In this document: positions 49,478 to 61,143 of the stretch, piece after piece
How positions within the stretch are numbered: position 1 is the first letter of the stretch
How the letters are laid out: each line of letters starts with the position of its first letter
Assembly (NCBI GenBank): GCA_965603825.1
Contig: CBFDEM010000019.1
Location: 62,001 to 126,000, forward strand
Origin: Blepharisma stoltei ATCC 30299
Taxonomy: Eukaryota > Protista > Ciliophora
Length of the DNA: 64,000 nt
Direction of reading: 5' to 3'
Made by a program: the position numbers and the translations under genes
The notes under the pieces: generated by a model
Databases searched by the model: none
What the model saw: the letters and a program-made list of their open reading frames with translations, nothing else
What the model was told of the DNA's origin: nothing

Positions 49478-50815
49478 TTATCTACCATATTTCCCTTGCA
49501 TGATCATGCTGCCATAGTCAGCCAAGTTTTTCTCATTTTGGCTTAACGATCTTATCCTTTCGTCATTTCTCTCTCGATAGTCTGGCTTATAAGCTAGGCT
49601 TGTATCAGGACTTGGGCCTTGATTAGGGGTTGCTTCGTTAGTTTTAACATAGGAGCTTGCTAGCTCTGGGGCAAGTCTGGACTGGGAGTTAAATGCTGAT
49701 GCATACATAGCTGGGGACTGCTGAAGTATCGGAGACAAGAACTCTGGGACGTATTTTGACGTATCTTTTAATAGTCCAGTAATCGGGTTAAATATATAAG
49801 GCTTTGGGCTTTTTTTGGTATATCTAGGAAATGAAGTAGAATACATTGACTCTGCTTCATAAATTGCTTTTTGGACGTTATCACTTGGAATATTTGTCTG
49901 AGAATATGCGGGGGATAAGGATGAGCTCAAATTACGATTTGAATATAAATCGTTTTTCTGGCTTATTTGGTGTTTCAGCATTTCCTGAATTTCTAAATTT
50001 TCCTTATACTCTTTCGCTTTTCTCTCTTTTTCCAGCCTTTCAAAGTACTCCACTTCTCTGAGTTTCCTTAAATTTTCAAGTCTATTTTCTATTTCTTTTT
50101 GCCGCGCCATGGCTTCTAATTGTCGCTTCTGGTCCCTCGCACTCATTTGGAAGCTGATTTCTGAGCTGGATCTTTTGTTTTCTGTATATTGGGGCTGATA
50201 AGGCTCATTCGGAATTTCTTTTGGGATATTTTCATTAGCTAATGGAGTTGTTTCTGCTGGATTTTGATATAATTTCAGCTGATTTTCTTTTTGTTTTAGC
50301 TGCTCTTTTAATAACTCGATTTCTTGGTTATATAAAGCGTCAAGCTCATTATAATCCTGGCCGTTCTCTGGCTGTTTTTGTACCTCTTGAGGGACATTTT
50401 CATATTCCTGGCTGTTTATTTGCTGGAATTTTGGCTCGTCATAATAGGCTCTGTTTTCTGCTGGGTTTTCTCAAGGATTATTCCCTACTTTTCTTTGATA
50501 TGATTGCAGCAGTTTTTCTTGGTATGTCTGCGACTGGTTTTGGTTACTGGAAACGTTTTTCTGAGGGGACTGAGTAATAATTTCTGGCTGCTTAAAATAG
50601 CTTGCAGCTGGATAGTCATAATTCCCACTATCTTTTCTAACCTGCACATCTGTGACCATCCCTTTTCGGTTATAGGCAACATGATGGCTTTGCATATTCT
50701 TATGGACGTCAAATCTTTTCCTGCCAAACTTTGGCTCTAAGTAGTCCTAATTGATATTTACGTCTACGAGGAACGATTTGCTAGTTGCAGTATTATAAAC
50801 CCCGCTGCCTTCCAT
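49478..50815 (-). CDS. low-complexity/coiled-coil hypothetical protein, one intron
   Basis: ATG 50815; intron 50747-50761; TGA 50471 read through; open to TAA 49478; FNPITG motif. Confidence 0.8.
50747..50761 (-). other. 15-nt intron GTAAATATCAATTAG
   Basis: In-frame TAG; A10; removal links ATG 50815 to the downstream ORF. Confidence 0.88.
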
Positions 50816-50970
50816 ACTTTGCCACTTAATATTCCATTAAAATCAGAAGTCTTTAACTGCCTCTATTGAAACAATATCATTTTTAAATAATTTTGCCTTT
50901 GAATATTAATTTCCAAAGAAAAATAGGCCAAAACATTGCAATAAATATCTGATGAAGTTTTCAGATATAA

Positions 50971-52209
50971 ATGTCTGACGCTCAAAGGCCCAGAAAGCTT
51001 AACCCAAACTACAAACAAGAAAGCAACTGGCGACACAAAAAGCATACAAATAACGCTTTTCATAAATATACACGAGAAGCCATTCTTAATGCTTATTACG
51101 AGTGTCCATTTCCAGCTGTGCCACTAACAGAAGCTGTCCTCCCTCTTTATTCATCACCACCGCTTCATCCTTTTATCGAAATGCATCCGAATTATCGTGA
51201 AGAGCTCGGAGATGAGATAAACAGCAGAAAGCCAGCGCCTAGAGAAAAGCAGGTCGAACAAGTGCCTGAATGGTATACTGAATCAGGGACAAAAGATGTC
51301 CCTTCACCTGATAAATCACCAACAGAACAAAATACAGCTGAGGCGAAGCCTGAAAAACCAGAAAATGGTGCAATTGACATTAATGATGTCCAAGATGAGT
51401 TCGGGAAAATCGACCTTGTGGTTGAGGAAAAATTGAAAACTCAGGTTGAAGAAGATGAAGCTTTCCCTGAATGGGATGAAGTGGATGACCCTGAAGCCAA
51501 AGATATAGAGGAGCCTTTTGAAAAGCCGAGCAAAAGCAATAAAGAAACCCAGCCACAAAGTAAACAGGAAGAGGCTTTACTGCAATCACAAATAAACCAA
51601 CAAGCTTCACAGCCTTCTCAAAGTATACAGCCACAGCAGGCATCTAAACTAATACCGTTTTATGACGCCAGTCTATTAACTTATCAGTGCTCAATAAAAA
51701 ACCCTTTCGCTGTAACACTTGCTGAATGCGCTATGCTAGGAAGTGACAACTTAGCCTACTTCATGCCATTTTCCAAGCCTTTTGAAAAGTTTTGGTTCTA
51801 CAAAGATTTAGCTAAAAAGGTACAAGGGCCGTTCTGCACAATTGAGATGTTCAATTGGTCAGTTCGAGGGTGTTTTCCGCCTGATTTAGAAATTGCTAAA
51901 GAAAACACAGAAAATTTTGTGCCAATGAATAACTTTTTCCTGCAACTTGCAAGCACGCCTCAACCAAAGAGTAATGAGCAGGCTAAAGAAGCAGAAATTA
52001 AGGTAAAAGAAAGCGAGCCTAAAGCAGCAGAAAAATCACAGCAGCCTGAGACAAAGTTTGGGAACACTTATAATGAGATGTTCCCAGCTTTTGAGCCTTC
52101 AAAGCATGAAGTTTCGAATAACAAAAGTAAGAGAAACGAAGACAATGCATGGGAAGAAGTCAAAAAGAACAAGCCTAGTACAAAATCGACAAGAGGTAAA
52201 GCTAAATAA
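50971..52209 (+). CDS. GYF-domain protein, GIGYF-like translational repressor
   Basis: GYF domain WFYKD..KKVQGPF...EMFNW..RGCFPPDL; N-terminal KYTREAIL (4EHP-binding-like); two PEW motifs (DDX6-binding-like). Confidence 0.8.
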   Translation: MSDAQRPRKLNPNYKQESNWRHKKHTNNAFHKYTREAILNAYYECPFPAVPLTEAVLPLYSSPPLHPFIEMHPNYREELGDEINSRKPAPREKQVEQVPEWYTESGTKDVPSPDKSPTEQNTAEAKPEKPENGAIDINDVQDEFGKIDLVVEEKLKTQVEEDEAFPEWDEVDDPEAKDIEEPFEKPSKSNKETQPQSKQEEALLQSQINQQASQPSQSIQPQQASKLIPFYDASLLTYQCSIKNPFAVTLAECAMLGSDNLAYFMPFSKPFEKFWFYKDLAKKVQGPFCTIEMFNWSVRGCFPPDLEIAKENTENFVPMNNFFLQLASTPQPKSNEQAKEAEIKVKESEPKAAEKSQQPETKFGNTYNEMFPAFEPSKHEVSNNKSKRNEDNAWEEVKKNKPSTKSTRGKAK

Positions 52210-52558
52210 CTGCTTTTAAATATTTAAGAAAATTTTTTAAAAATCTAAATATTCCCATTTTTCTCACTATTTATTTTCTGACAAAATTTTTTCCAGTTCC
52301 AATCTATTTTTCTACTGATTCTTTTAGCTCCTCTCTTCTGGTTTTTTACCCGCGACTTTGAGACTGTTTCCATTTAAATCTTTTTTTGGGCCACCTCCAA
52401 AAAATGTTAGCCCATCATTTTGGGTATCCATTTATAGCTCCAACGTCTCTTAAATTCCTAATTTAAAAATTTACCGTAATTGCCAATTTTTTCTTATGAC
52501 CCCAATACCCCATTCTTCCACAAACACTTTAGACCTTTTAACTAAACTACATTATAAA

Positions 52559-53497
52559 ATGATTTCAATGAGTTGTATTGAGTGCAAAGCGGTAGGAAGT
52601 ATCATCGTTAATTCAAAAGAAGGAAATATAGTGTGTCAGTTATGTGGGCGAGTTCAGGAGGACCGTATTATTGACGATACCCTAGAAACAAGAAATTTCT
52701 CGAAGGACGCCACATCAAGGGGTGGTGACGATACGAAAAGAGTGGGAGGCGCCAACATAGACTTGTTGTCAGATCGCGGCATATATACTGTAATTTCTGG
52801 AGGCCCAGATTCTGCTCTTTCCCGTTGGAGCCAACGTTCTTCACAATCTGGACAAGACAAACAACTTGTGAGAGGCTTTGCAGCGATAGGTGAGCTGTGC
52901 AACAATTTACACTTAAATGACGTATGTGCAGAAGAAGCTAAGTTGATTTTTAAAAGAATCAGTGAAGAGAGAGGGCTTAAAGGGAGATCTTATCTAGCTA
53001 TGGTCTCCGCTTGTGTCTTTATCGCCAGCAGGAAAAATAATCCAAGGTCAATCAGAGAAATCTCGAAAATCACGAATGTTGACCAAAAAGAAATTTTACG
53101 ATGCTACTCCATGACAAAAAAACTCATCCCCACTGGAATGGGCGCAAATCGGTCTGCTGCTGACTACGCCCAGAGATTTGCGAATGAACTGAATTTTGCA
53201 CCTTTACAGGTAAAAGCTGCGAAAACAATAGCTGAAAGGTCAATTGAGCTGGAAATTCTCACTGGGAAGAGCCCACTTAGCATTGCAAGCGCTGCGGTGT
53301 GGATAGTGGGACAAATCCTGAACTGTGAGAAGACGCTAGCAGAGATCAGTGAAGCCTCAACTATGAAAGACATCACGATCAAAAATTGTGTCAAAGCAAT
53401 GTGTGTCAGACTGATTGAGCTTATCAGAGGCTTTGAAGCTAATGTTGACCAAAAGAAAATGGCTATGCTGACGAAGCATCAAGATTTCGAAAAATAA
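52559..53497 (+). CDS. TFIIB: transcription initiation factor TFIIB
   Basis: Zn ribbon CIEC...CQLCG, RIIDDTLETRNFS, RVG, cyclin repeats with LKGRS and GKSPLSIASAAV. Start chosen at 52559 (alternative 52496). Confidence 0.92.
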   Translation: MISMSCIECKAVGSIIVNSKEGNIVCQLCGRVQEDRIIDDTLETRNFSKDATSRGGDDTKRVGGANIDLLSDRGIYTVISGGPDSALSRWSQRSSQSGQDKQLVRGFAAIGELCNNLHLNDVCAEEAKLIFKRISEERGLKGRSYLAMVSACVFIASRKNNPRSIREISKITNVDQKEILRCYSMTKKLIPTGMGANRSAADYAQRFANELNFAPLQVKAAKTIAERSIELEILTGKSPLSIASAAVWIVGQILNCEKTLAEISEASTMKDITIKNCVKAMCVRLIELIRGFEANVDQKKMAMLTKHQDFEK

Positions 53498-53897
53498 TCT
53501 CAGAATATATTTATTTAAATTTGTATTGGTAACTTATAAGTTTTTTTAAATTTTGCTAAGGAAAACCTAGGTTTTCTTGACACAAAATCCACAGAAAGAT
53601 AGATTTTCGTAGAAATTGGAGAAATTAGTTGGTAAAGAAAAATGGAAAGCAATCTTTTGTGCGTAAAAATATCAGAAACATTAAAATGGAGGACGAATAT
53701 GCTATTTTGATGCGTTAATAGATCCACACAGAATTAAAATTCATATATTAAAAAAAGCAACAACGGATTATTAGAATTAAAAATTAATTTTTAAAATAGC
53801 TAAATTCAAAAGTCCAGCTATCCAAATTTTCTCCACATTTTAAATACATCCATCTTACCAGACTTATATAAAATCGCTCTTTCTTAAAATAAGAAAC

Positions 53898-54434
53898 ATG
53901 GGAAGTTTATTCTCTAAAAAGGGTTTTTCTAACAAAAGAGTAACTATTATGCAGGCTCAACAGATAATTGAAGCTATCATAAACGATGACCCTTCTTTTG
54001 TATATATTCAAAGTGATTTAGATTTACGATTGGAAGCTGTATTTTTCATTTAGTATGACTGAACGCCTTTACACTTAGCAACATGACTTGGTAAACAAAA
54101 CGCGATTCAGAAGCTATTGGAGCTTAGCCCAAATTTAAACATCACAGACTGTCACGGAGAAACAGTGCTTCACTTGGCAGCATACACGAAATCAATTGAA
54201 ACCTTCGAATGCTTAAAAAGTGTAGGCGCAGATACAACAATTGAAAATCATGCAGGTAAAAAGCATATAGGAGAAACCCCTTTTGATTTAGGAGATATGG
54301 CTAAGCAGAGCGTAGTTGCCTCTGAAGAAAAAACTCGAAAGAGCCACCATCATCTAAAACCTGTCAAAACAAAAAAATACTTTGCAGACTCTGACAGCGC
54401 ATCTACTCAATCACAGAAAGTAGTTCCTGATTAA
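53898..54434 (+). CDS. small ankyrin-repeat protein, predicted N-myristoylated, 2-3 tiny introns
   Basis: MGSLFS...; YD-W(TGA)-TPLHLA, GETVLHLAA, and NHAGETPFDL after splicing. Confidence 0.85.
53940..53954 (+). other. probable 15-nt in-frame intron GTAACTATTATGCAG
   Basis: Matches the consensus (GTA, A10, YAG) but contains no stop, so it is not required. Confidence 0.65.
54039..54053 (+). other. 15-nt intron GTATTTTTCATTTAG
   Basis: In-frame TAG; removal joins the N-terminus to the first ankyrin repeat. Confidence 0.9.
54256..54270 (+). other. 15-nt in-frame intron GTAAAAAGCATATAG
   Basis: Removal restores ankyrin spacing NxxGETP (ENHAGETPF). Confidence 0.85.
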
Positions 54435-54649
54435 TTGGATTGCTTATTATAATAAACAAATAATCATTCTCTATAGCTGATTTTCTTTTTAACTGGATCA
54501 AAGAAAATTAACTGAAAAAACTTATATAAAATCCTGGTCAAGATTATGAAGGGTAAAAATTGTGCAAAATCCTATTTATAGAGAAGAAATAAAATCCCTT
54601 GATTAACTAAATATGATTTTCATCAAATTCCTTTAAATTACATAATTTA

Positions 54650-55843
54650 CTATTGATATATTTCTTGCTCCCCTCTGTTTTGATTCCTTCTGCCAGTTTT
54701 CTCAGCCTCAGCGTTTATCCCCACAACACTAGGTGCAGCAACCACATGAGTTTCCAAGATTTTCCTTTCGCTATTCTCAATAGCTTCTTTTTGTTTTTTC
54801 TCAATATATTTTTTCAAGTCCTCTGTGTTGCTATTAACTTCTTCTTCATTGCTTTCATTTTCCTCTCTTGCAAAGGTTTCTACCTTCCTCCAGAGTCCTT
54901 TGTTAAAAAATGGAATTATAATATCAGGCATCTCAATTTCTTTTCCTTCTTCCATTTCTTGTATAACTTGAGCTTTAGCTCTATTAAGCTCTTCTATTTC
55001 TTCTACTATTACCCGAGCCCTGTTCCTTAATTCAATGATTTCTCTTTCGATATTTTCAGTTTCTTTATCAATGCTACTTGTAGGATTTCCATTAATATAA
55101 ATATCAAAATTTTCATATTTAGGCAATTTTTTCTTTTTCATAGCAGGACATGTATCTTTTCCTGGGAAATTTGTGTGAAAAAAGAAGCTGATGTCACAAG
55201 ACCCAGTGTCAAGCTCGTTTCCTTCTAAGCAGTATCCTCCATTCATGCACCAGCCACACTGCAAATCTCCTAAACAAGTTTCACAAGTATCATACTGCTT
55301 ACAGCCAGTCCCAGAGCATCCATTATAGTCATAATAAGCGCACTCACCGTTAAAAGGGCCATCTCCATCTCCGCCGACACAGATTTGTTCAGTCAAACAC
55401 CAAACACAAAGAGGGTTATAAGCACATGCTTTACATGTGCGGAAACCTGAGCAGTCAGTTGCCAAATTGTTGGATTTTCTTAGTAAAGCATGGATTTGCA
55501 TGTTGATTTCTGACAATTCGTCTTGTTTTTCTTGGATATCTGAAAGAATTAAAGACTCTAGGGCATAGGCAGTTGAAGATATTGAGGAGTCGATTTTCAT
55601 GCCGAGAATTTGTAGGGAGGAGTTTATTTGGGACGCAAAAGAAGACAGAGAGGAGTCTGTTTGCTCAACTCCGACTGCGAGAGCACCTGAACTTGTAGAA
55701 ACGCTTTCGACGTTTTCAGGGCCGACCTTGATTTTTTCTGGCTTTTCTTTGGAGAGAAAGGAATAAGCAAAAGAAGGGCTGCTTTCTTCGAGCTTTTGGC
55801 TTAAAATGTGAAATAAAAATAAAGCAAAAACAAATTGTCTCAT
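54650..55843 (-). CDS. secreted protein with two PSI-like Cys domains flanked by coiled coils
   Basis: Signal peptide; CSGFRTCKAC..NPLCVWC and CKQYDTCETCLGDLQCGWC; stop TAG. Confidence 0.8.
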   Translation of the reverse strand: MRQFVFALFLFHILSQKLEESSPSFAYSFLSKEKPEKIKVGPENVESVSTSSGALAVGVEQTDSSLSSFASQINSSLQILGMKIDSSISSTAYALESLILSDIQEKQDELSEINMQIHALLRKSNNLATDCSGFRTCKACAYNPLCVWCLTEQICVGGDGDGPFNGECAYYDYNGCSGTGCKQYDTCETCLGDLQCGWCMNGGYCLEGNELDTGSCDISFFFHTNFPGKDTCPAMKKKKLPKYENFDIYINGNPTSSIDKETENIEREIIELRNRARVIVEEIEELNRAKAQVIQEMEEGKEIEMPDIIIPFFNKGLWRKVETFAREENESNEEEVNSNTEDLKKYIEKKQKEAIENSERKILETHVVAAPSVVGINAEAEKTGRRNQNRGEQEIYQ

Positions 55844-56001
55844 TTCTCTTTAATTTAAATTTAAAAAGAGTTCTAACAGATTCTCTAGATTTACCATAAC
55901 TCGTATATAATCGCTGATATCCGCCAAAAGAGCCACATTCTTATATAACAATTTGCTATCTGCTATTAAATCTGCGAATCTAGAGGTTAGTTAAATATAT
56001 C

Positions 56002-57441
56002 TTAATCCAGTTCTTTTCCTGTTTGAAATATTGTCAAAATTTCTTCCAAAGATTTCCCTTTAGTCTCAGGGAGTAACTTATACACCCAAAATCAGCTTAT
56101 GACCCCAAACCCTGCCAGTATGATTCATATCCCAACTCTTCCTGCATCGAAAGAAATTGCTGACGCAAAAGTCATAGACACAACAAAGTTAGAGACCCAG
56201 TTCGCTGTTGTTGACGCACTTGTCGCTGCACTCCTTAAATTCAGAGGATAAATTTCCGAATTCACGATCCACGGACAAGTCCCCATGCCTACAGAAAAAA
56301 ATAAAATATAGACCAACAAAGAAAAAACTGCGAGATACTGTATAAATTCAACCACACTGAAAAAGGTGATAAAAACAAAGCTTGCGCCAAGTGACAATAA
56401 GAAAGTTACCATAAATGGAATTGTGTATAAAAGGGTCGATCTTCGGCCAAGCCTGTCTACATACCATACAGATATGAACGTTCCGACCATATTAGCAAAT
56501 GCAATTGGGATACTTGCAATGATCGCTTCTCTTCCAGAAGAGTCAAAGCCTGCGACTTGCATGATCTGGGGACCATAATACATTGCTGTATTAATTCCAC
56601 ATAGCTGCTGCAAACATTGGAGTCCTATTCCGACCATTGCAGACCTTTTGCAGTTTTTATAAAGCAGCTTAAACTGGTGCTTATATGAATGGTTTCCTTC
56701 CTCTTTAATTGACTGCATGATCCCTTTTACTTCTTCTTCAATATATTCATATTTTCTATATAATAAACTGTACCTTATATGTAATAATGCTTTTAGCCCT
56801 TGTTCCAGCTTGCCGACTTTGTAAAGAAATCTTGGACTTTCTGGCAGAAAAAACATGCCAATAACTTGAATTATGGCTGGAATTGCACCGATGCCGAGCA
56901 TTCATCGCCAGTGGTCTTCTAAGGAGAGACAGACACAGTATGCTATTAATTGGCCTGAAGTTGTAAACAATACGTTTATACTAACAATGGTTCCTCTCAG
57001 TTCCCGAGGAGCTGACTCTGCTAGATATATAGGGACCACCATGGCTGCAGAACCAACACCTAAGCCGACTATGAAGCGTCCTAGCATAAGCACCCATATA
57101 TTAGGAGCGCTGGCCATCAGAATGGATCCTGTTACAAATGCACAGTCTGCAGCAATTATGGTAGGTTTACGCCCTTTTATGTCAGATAAAGGCCCAGCTG
57201 CTAAGGCACCGAACATTGCGCCAATAACTGCTAGGCTGACAACTGTTTCTAGGACGACAGGAGTTTTATAACCCAAGTCATCATAAATATAAAGATTAGC
57301 TCCTCCAATAATTCCGGTGTCATATCCAAACAAAAAACCTCCAATAGCTGCAGTAATTGTCAGAATAATTAAAAATGTCGTGTTTTTCGGCGGATTTTCT
57401 CGCAAAAGTTCATTGTCTCCAGATCCGTCAGAAGAGTTCAT
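56002..57441 (-). CDS. MFS sugar-porter, inositol transporter (INT/HMIT)-like, 479 aa
   Basis: GGFLFGYDTG, WR-W(TGA 56902)-MLG, PESPR, QQLCGINTAMYY, PWIVNSEIYPL, PETKGKSLEEI; TAA 56002-56004. Confidence 0.93.
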
Positions 57442-57851
57442 TTTTATATTATTCTGAAATTTATTAATTAATTTGAGTTTATGGCTAGGCTAGATTCTTT
57501 TTAGCCTTATTAAAATTGCTTTAATATTGTTTTTGAATCAAGAAGTATAAAACTTATAAATAAGCTCTTTATTGTAAATTCTGCAATAGTGACTCTGATT
57601 AAGACTCCAAATAATTATTCAAAATTGTACTGACAAATGAAATAAATCAAAAAGTGTATGATATTGGTTGATGAATCAAAGTTCAGAAAGGATGCATGCT
57701 ATAGCGACAAATACTCAATTCTAATTGCATTAGGAATTTCTGCATGATAAAATAAGTAGATAAATGATGTTGTCAGAAATTAATTTAAATTGGAAGAAAA
57801 ATGGTAATTAAACTTTTAAATAGCCAAGTTCTTTAATTATCCAAAAAAAGT

Positions 57852-58928
57852 TTAAATGAAATATAAAGCTATTAGGCTTATAATTCTCAGTAAAGAGCTT
57901 GATGTCTCGTCTTGGTCTACAATTTTCTGCCAAAGTCCCCAAAAATTGGTGTTCATCACTTCCTTTACACAGTCTGTGTTTGCTTGAATTTTTGGGTATA
58001 TTGAAACGTATAAATACTGGTAAGCCAATTCAACATAATCTGCAAAATAATTTTGCATGCATGGGCCGATATCTCTTCTTTCTGTGTTGCACAAATTAAC
58101 TTCTTGGCTTGAAAGCCAAATCTGTTTTAAGGTTAAATATCGAGAATATGGCTGGTCTCCAGGGAAAAGCTCACAATAAGCGCTTGCATCTGCATTGTAG
58201 CCACAGCTGCAGTTAGAATAGTAATATCCTCCTACAAACCGATCTGTCAGTGACATACAGTCTACATAGCTATTGCAAGTAATTGGAATAGAATTGACTG
58301 ACACGACCTTATCCCCACAATAAGAAATCCCATTATTCTGAATGCACAGCTCAGCAATACACAAAGGATTAATCCCGCTTACTGGACAATCCGCAATAAT
58401 AGTCCCTGGCAGCAAGCTATAAGCATTCAAGCATCTTGCCTTGCTAGGATCTTGCCCACTTGTATAATTGCAAAGTGCTGAGTTCACACACATAAAATCA
58501 TTTGTGCAGCCAGTTTTCCCTGCAAGTATCTGCTGCTGGCATTGTTTATTAGCCCCACAATACAATTGAGGGTTGCAGTCACTATTATCAGTGCATGCTT
58601 CTCCAACTGTTTTCCCTACACAGATATTCCCATTACATGTGCTGCCTGGCAAACAATTATCATTATTCGTGCATTTTTCGCCTGGCCAAGCTTGCTTTGT
58701 GGGCTTGACAGCAGCTTCACATTGGATAGGAGAATTTTCATTATAGCTCACTGGGCAATACACAGTTGCATTGGGACAGGGCTGAATTCAATATGCCTCA
58801 TCTGTGTGATTGAAGTAAAAGCAGGTATCTTTATTGACGTTCATGTTGGTTGTGACACATTTATAAGGAGAGCAAGCATTCTGAGCTGTTGAAAAAATGA
58901 TATATAAAGCAAATGCTAAAATTTTCAT
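57852..58928 (-). CDS. Cys-rich secreted, probably GPI-anchored surface protein
   Basis: ATG 58928 with signal peptide, one TGA, many Cys repeats, hydrophobic C-terminus after SSS. Confidence 0.85.
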
Positions 58929-58936
58929 TTTTAACA

Positions 58937-61069
58937 TTATTTAATTTTCTTAGGCTTAAGCCTTACTGGGGAAGCCCTTCCTTGCTTGACTTCTTCAATT
59001 TCTTGCCGAGCCTTGATTATTTCTTCTTCTAGCTTGTCCTCTTTTCCAAGCTTTGAGTTCAGGCTTTTTACAATTTCCATTCCTAAGTGTCTTTGATATT
59101 CTTCTAGCAGCTGCTGCCGTTTGGATGGGTCAATTTTGGAGGAGTCCTTGTTGATTGCTTTTTTCAGATATTCCCTAAAAGTTTTTTCTATAAAATCGCC
59201 AAACTCAGCTGATTTATAAGAAGAATCGTAAGTTTCGAGCTTTGTAAAAGACTTGGAAAGTTCTGGGGATTCTTCAGATGTAAGGCTAGGAGACCTTGTG
59301 TAGTTTGGCTTAGGGTCACTGTGGATAGATTTTTTGACTGGAGTTTCTCTTTTGGGGGTTGTGTTTCTGCTTGTGATTGGGGTTGAATTTTTTGTGTCTT
59401 CCAGCTTGGAAACTTTTTTTATCACTTTTTTCTCTACTCGCAGAGGGGCTCTTTTGCTAGGAGACTGCTTGAGGATTTCTTTGGTCGTTTTCATGGTCTC
59501 ATCAAGCTTTTTTTTAGCCATTGCAACAGGATCTTGCTCCCTTGTAAAGATTTTAGGAGTCTCTTGTCTTAGCACTGATACACTGGATTTTCGAGACAGC
59601 TCTTGGATGTCTACAACAGGGCTATATCCTCCATGGAAAACGTTGTCTTGAGAAATCGTCCTTTTGTGTTCACATCCAAAGGACTTGTCACTGACTGTCA
59701 CATAGTTTACGTCAATTTTAGCTTCATGGCTAATTTTAGGGACTTCTCTTATAGGAGAAGTTGATTTATGGACAGATCCTGACGCAGTTTTTACAATTTT
59801 TTTAGGTTGAATTTCCTTTACTGAAGGTTTTTCAAAGGTCGCTTCACATAGTTCTACAGTAGTGATCAAAAACTCATATAAAGCAAGTGCTGTACATGTT
59901 AAATCGCACTTTCTGACCTGGTCAACATTGATTTTATCAAGAATTTCTCTAGCTTTTTTTATGTTAACTGCATAAAAATTACCTTGTGAAAATGCGTGGT
60001 TTTTTATGTACTCAAATGTTTTCCTTGTAGTTTGGACGACATGCCCAGGGTTTGCAGTCAATTTTACAACATTTTCTTTTACTCTTGAACTTAAAATTTT
60101 TCCTGAGGATAAAGTTTCAATATTTTTGTCAACTCCAGCGAAAATTATCATGAAAGCATACGACAAAGCTTCAATTGTTTCGTCGTGAGCTACTAGTCGT
60201 CGCCAAAGCTATGTAAAAGTTACATTTACCATCCTAGGGGTGATTTTCCCCATTTTTTCTGTCAAATCTGATATCAGCCGATCTTCACTTTTTAGGTTTT
60301 TCAGTGAAATTCTGGTAGCAAATCGTTGATTGTCAATAAATTGGTTATTTTGTATAATGCAGGCAGCTTCAGAGATTTTGTTTACGATAATCGTATAATG
60401 TTCTCTGTTTGGCCTTTCAATAATGTCATGCAGAATTTCGCTCATTAAGCTATAAAACTCAATGGACATATCAGGAATTAGCTGATAGCAGTCATTAAGG
60501 ACGTCAATCATAGAATAAGCCTTCATTGAGATCTCATTCGTGATTTTTTTACTATTTGCAATTGATGTACACACATCAGATAAATATTTTTCTAAAATAA
60601 TCAGACTAAAAGGAACAGTATTTTCCTTCATTTTTGGCTTTTTTATGTTTTTCGCCTCAAAAGTTGTCCAAGCGTCACTTTCACTTATGTGATGGCTAGG
60701 GAACTCATTTCTAAGAGCAGGAGTTATTGACCTAGTTTTTACAGCTGTTGTGGGGGTTGTTGCTCTTTTGTCTGGTCTTGGCTCTAGAGAAATCGGTTGA
60801 GGTGGCTGCCGTGGATTATAGTCGTGTATTTCATATGGAGTGTCTAACATCGACCTTATCGACAATAAGCTCTCTTGTGACGATGACGATTTCAATGTCT
60901 GCCCAGCCATCATATCTGGCTCTGTGCTCTGTATAAACCCTTTTGTAAGACTAGGGCTTTTTCTGCTGCAGGCCCTTTCCAGCAGCTTTTTCCTCGCAGC
61001 AGCTCTATCAGACTGTGCAGTCACTTCAGCATTTTTTATCACGTTAAGATTCGCAAGATTAATTTCCAT
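58937..61069 (-). CDS. hypothetical protein (about 705 aa), one intron
   Basis: ORFs 60209..61069 and 58937..60166 joined by removing intron 60209-60223. Confidence 0.8.
60209..60223 (-). other. 15-nt intron GTAACTTTTACATAG
   Basis: Contains the TAG that ends ORF 60209..61069; A10. Confidence 0.9.
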
Positions 61070-61143
61070 TTATAAGCTTCTTTTTTTAGAAGACACCCAT
61101 ATTACGATTTACAGAGAACAATTATCTGTTAATGGCTGTTCAG

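Noticed and set aside
52236-52431. Two short minus-strand ORFs (35 and 45 aa) between the GYF gene and TFIIB
   Set aside because: Too short, in different frames, no consensus intron joins them.
54000-54013. GTATATATTCAAAG as an additional intron in the ankyrin gene
   Set aside because: 14 nt, lacks A10, and removal would break the frame.
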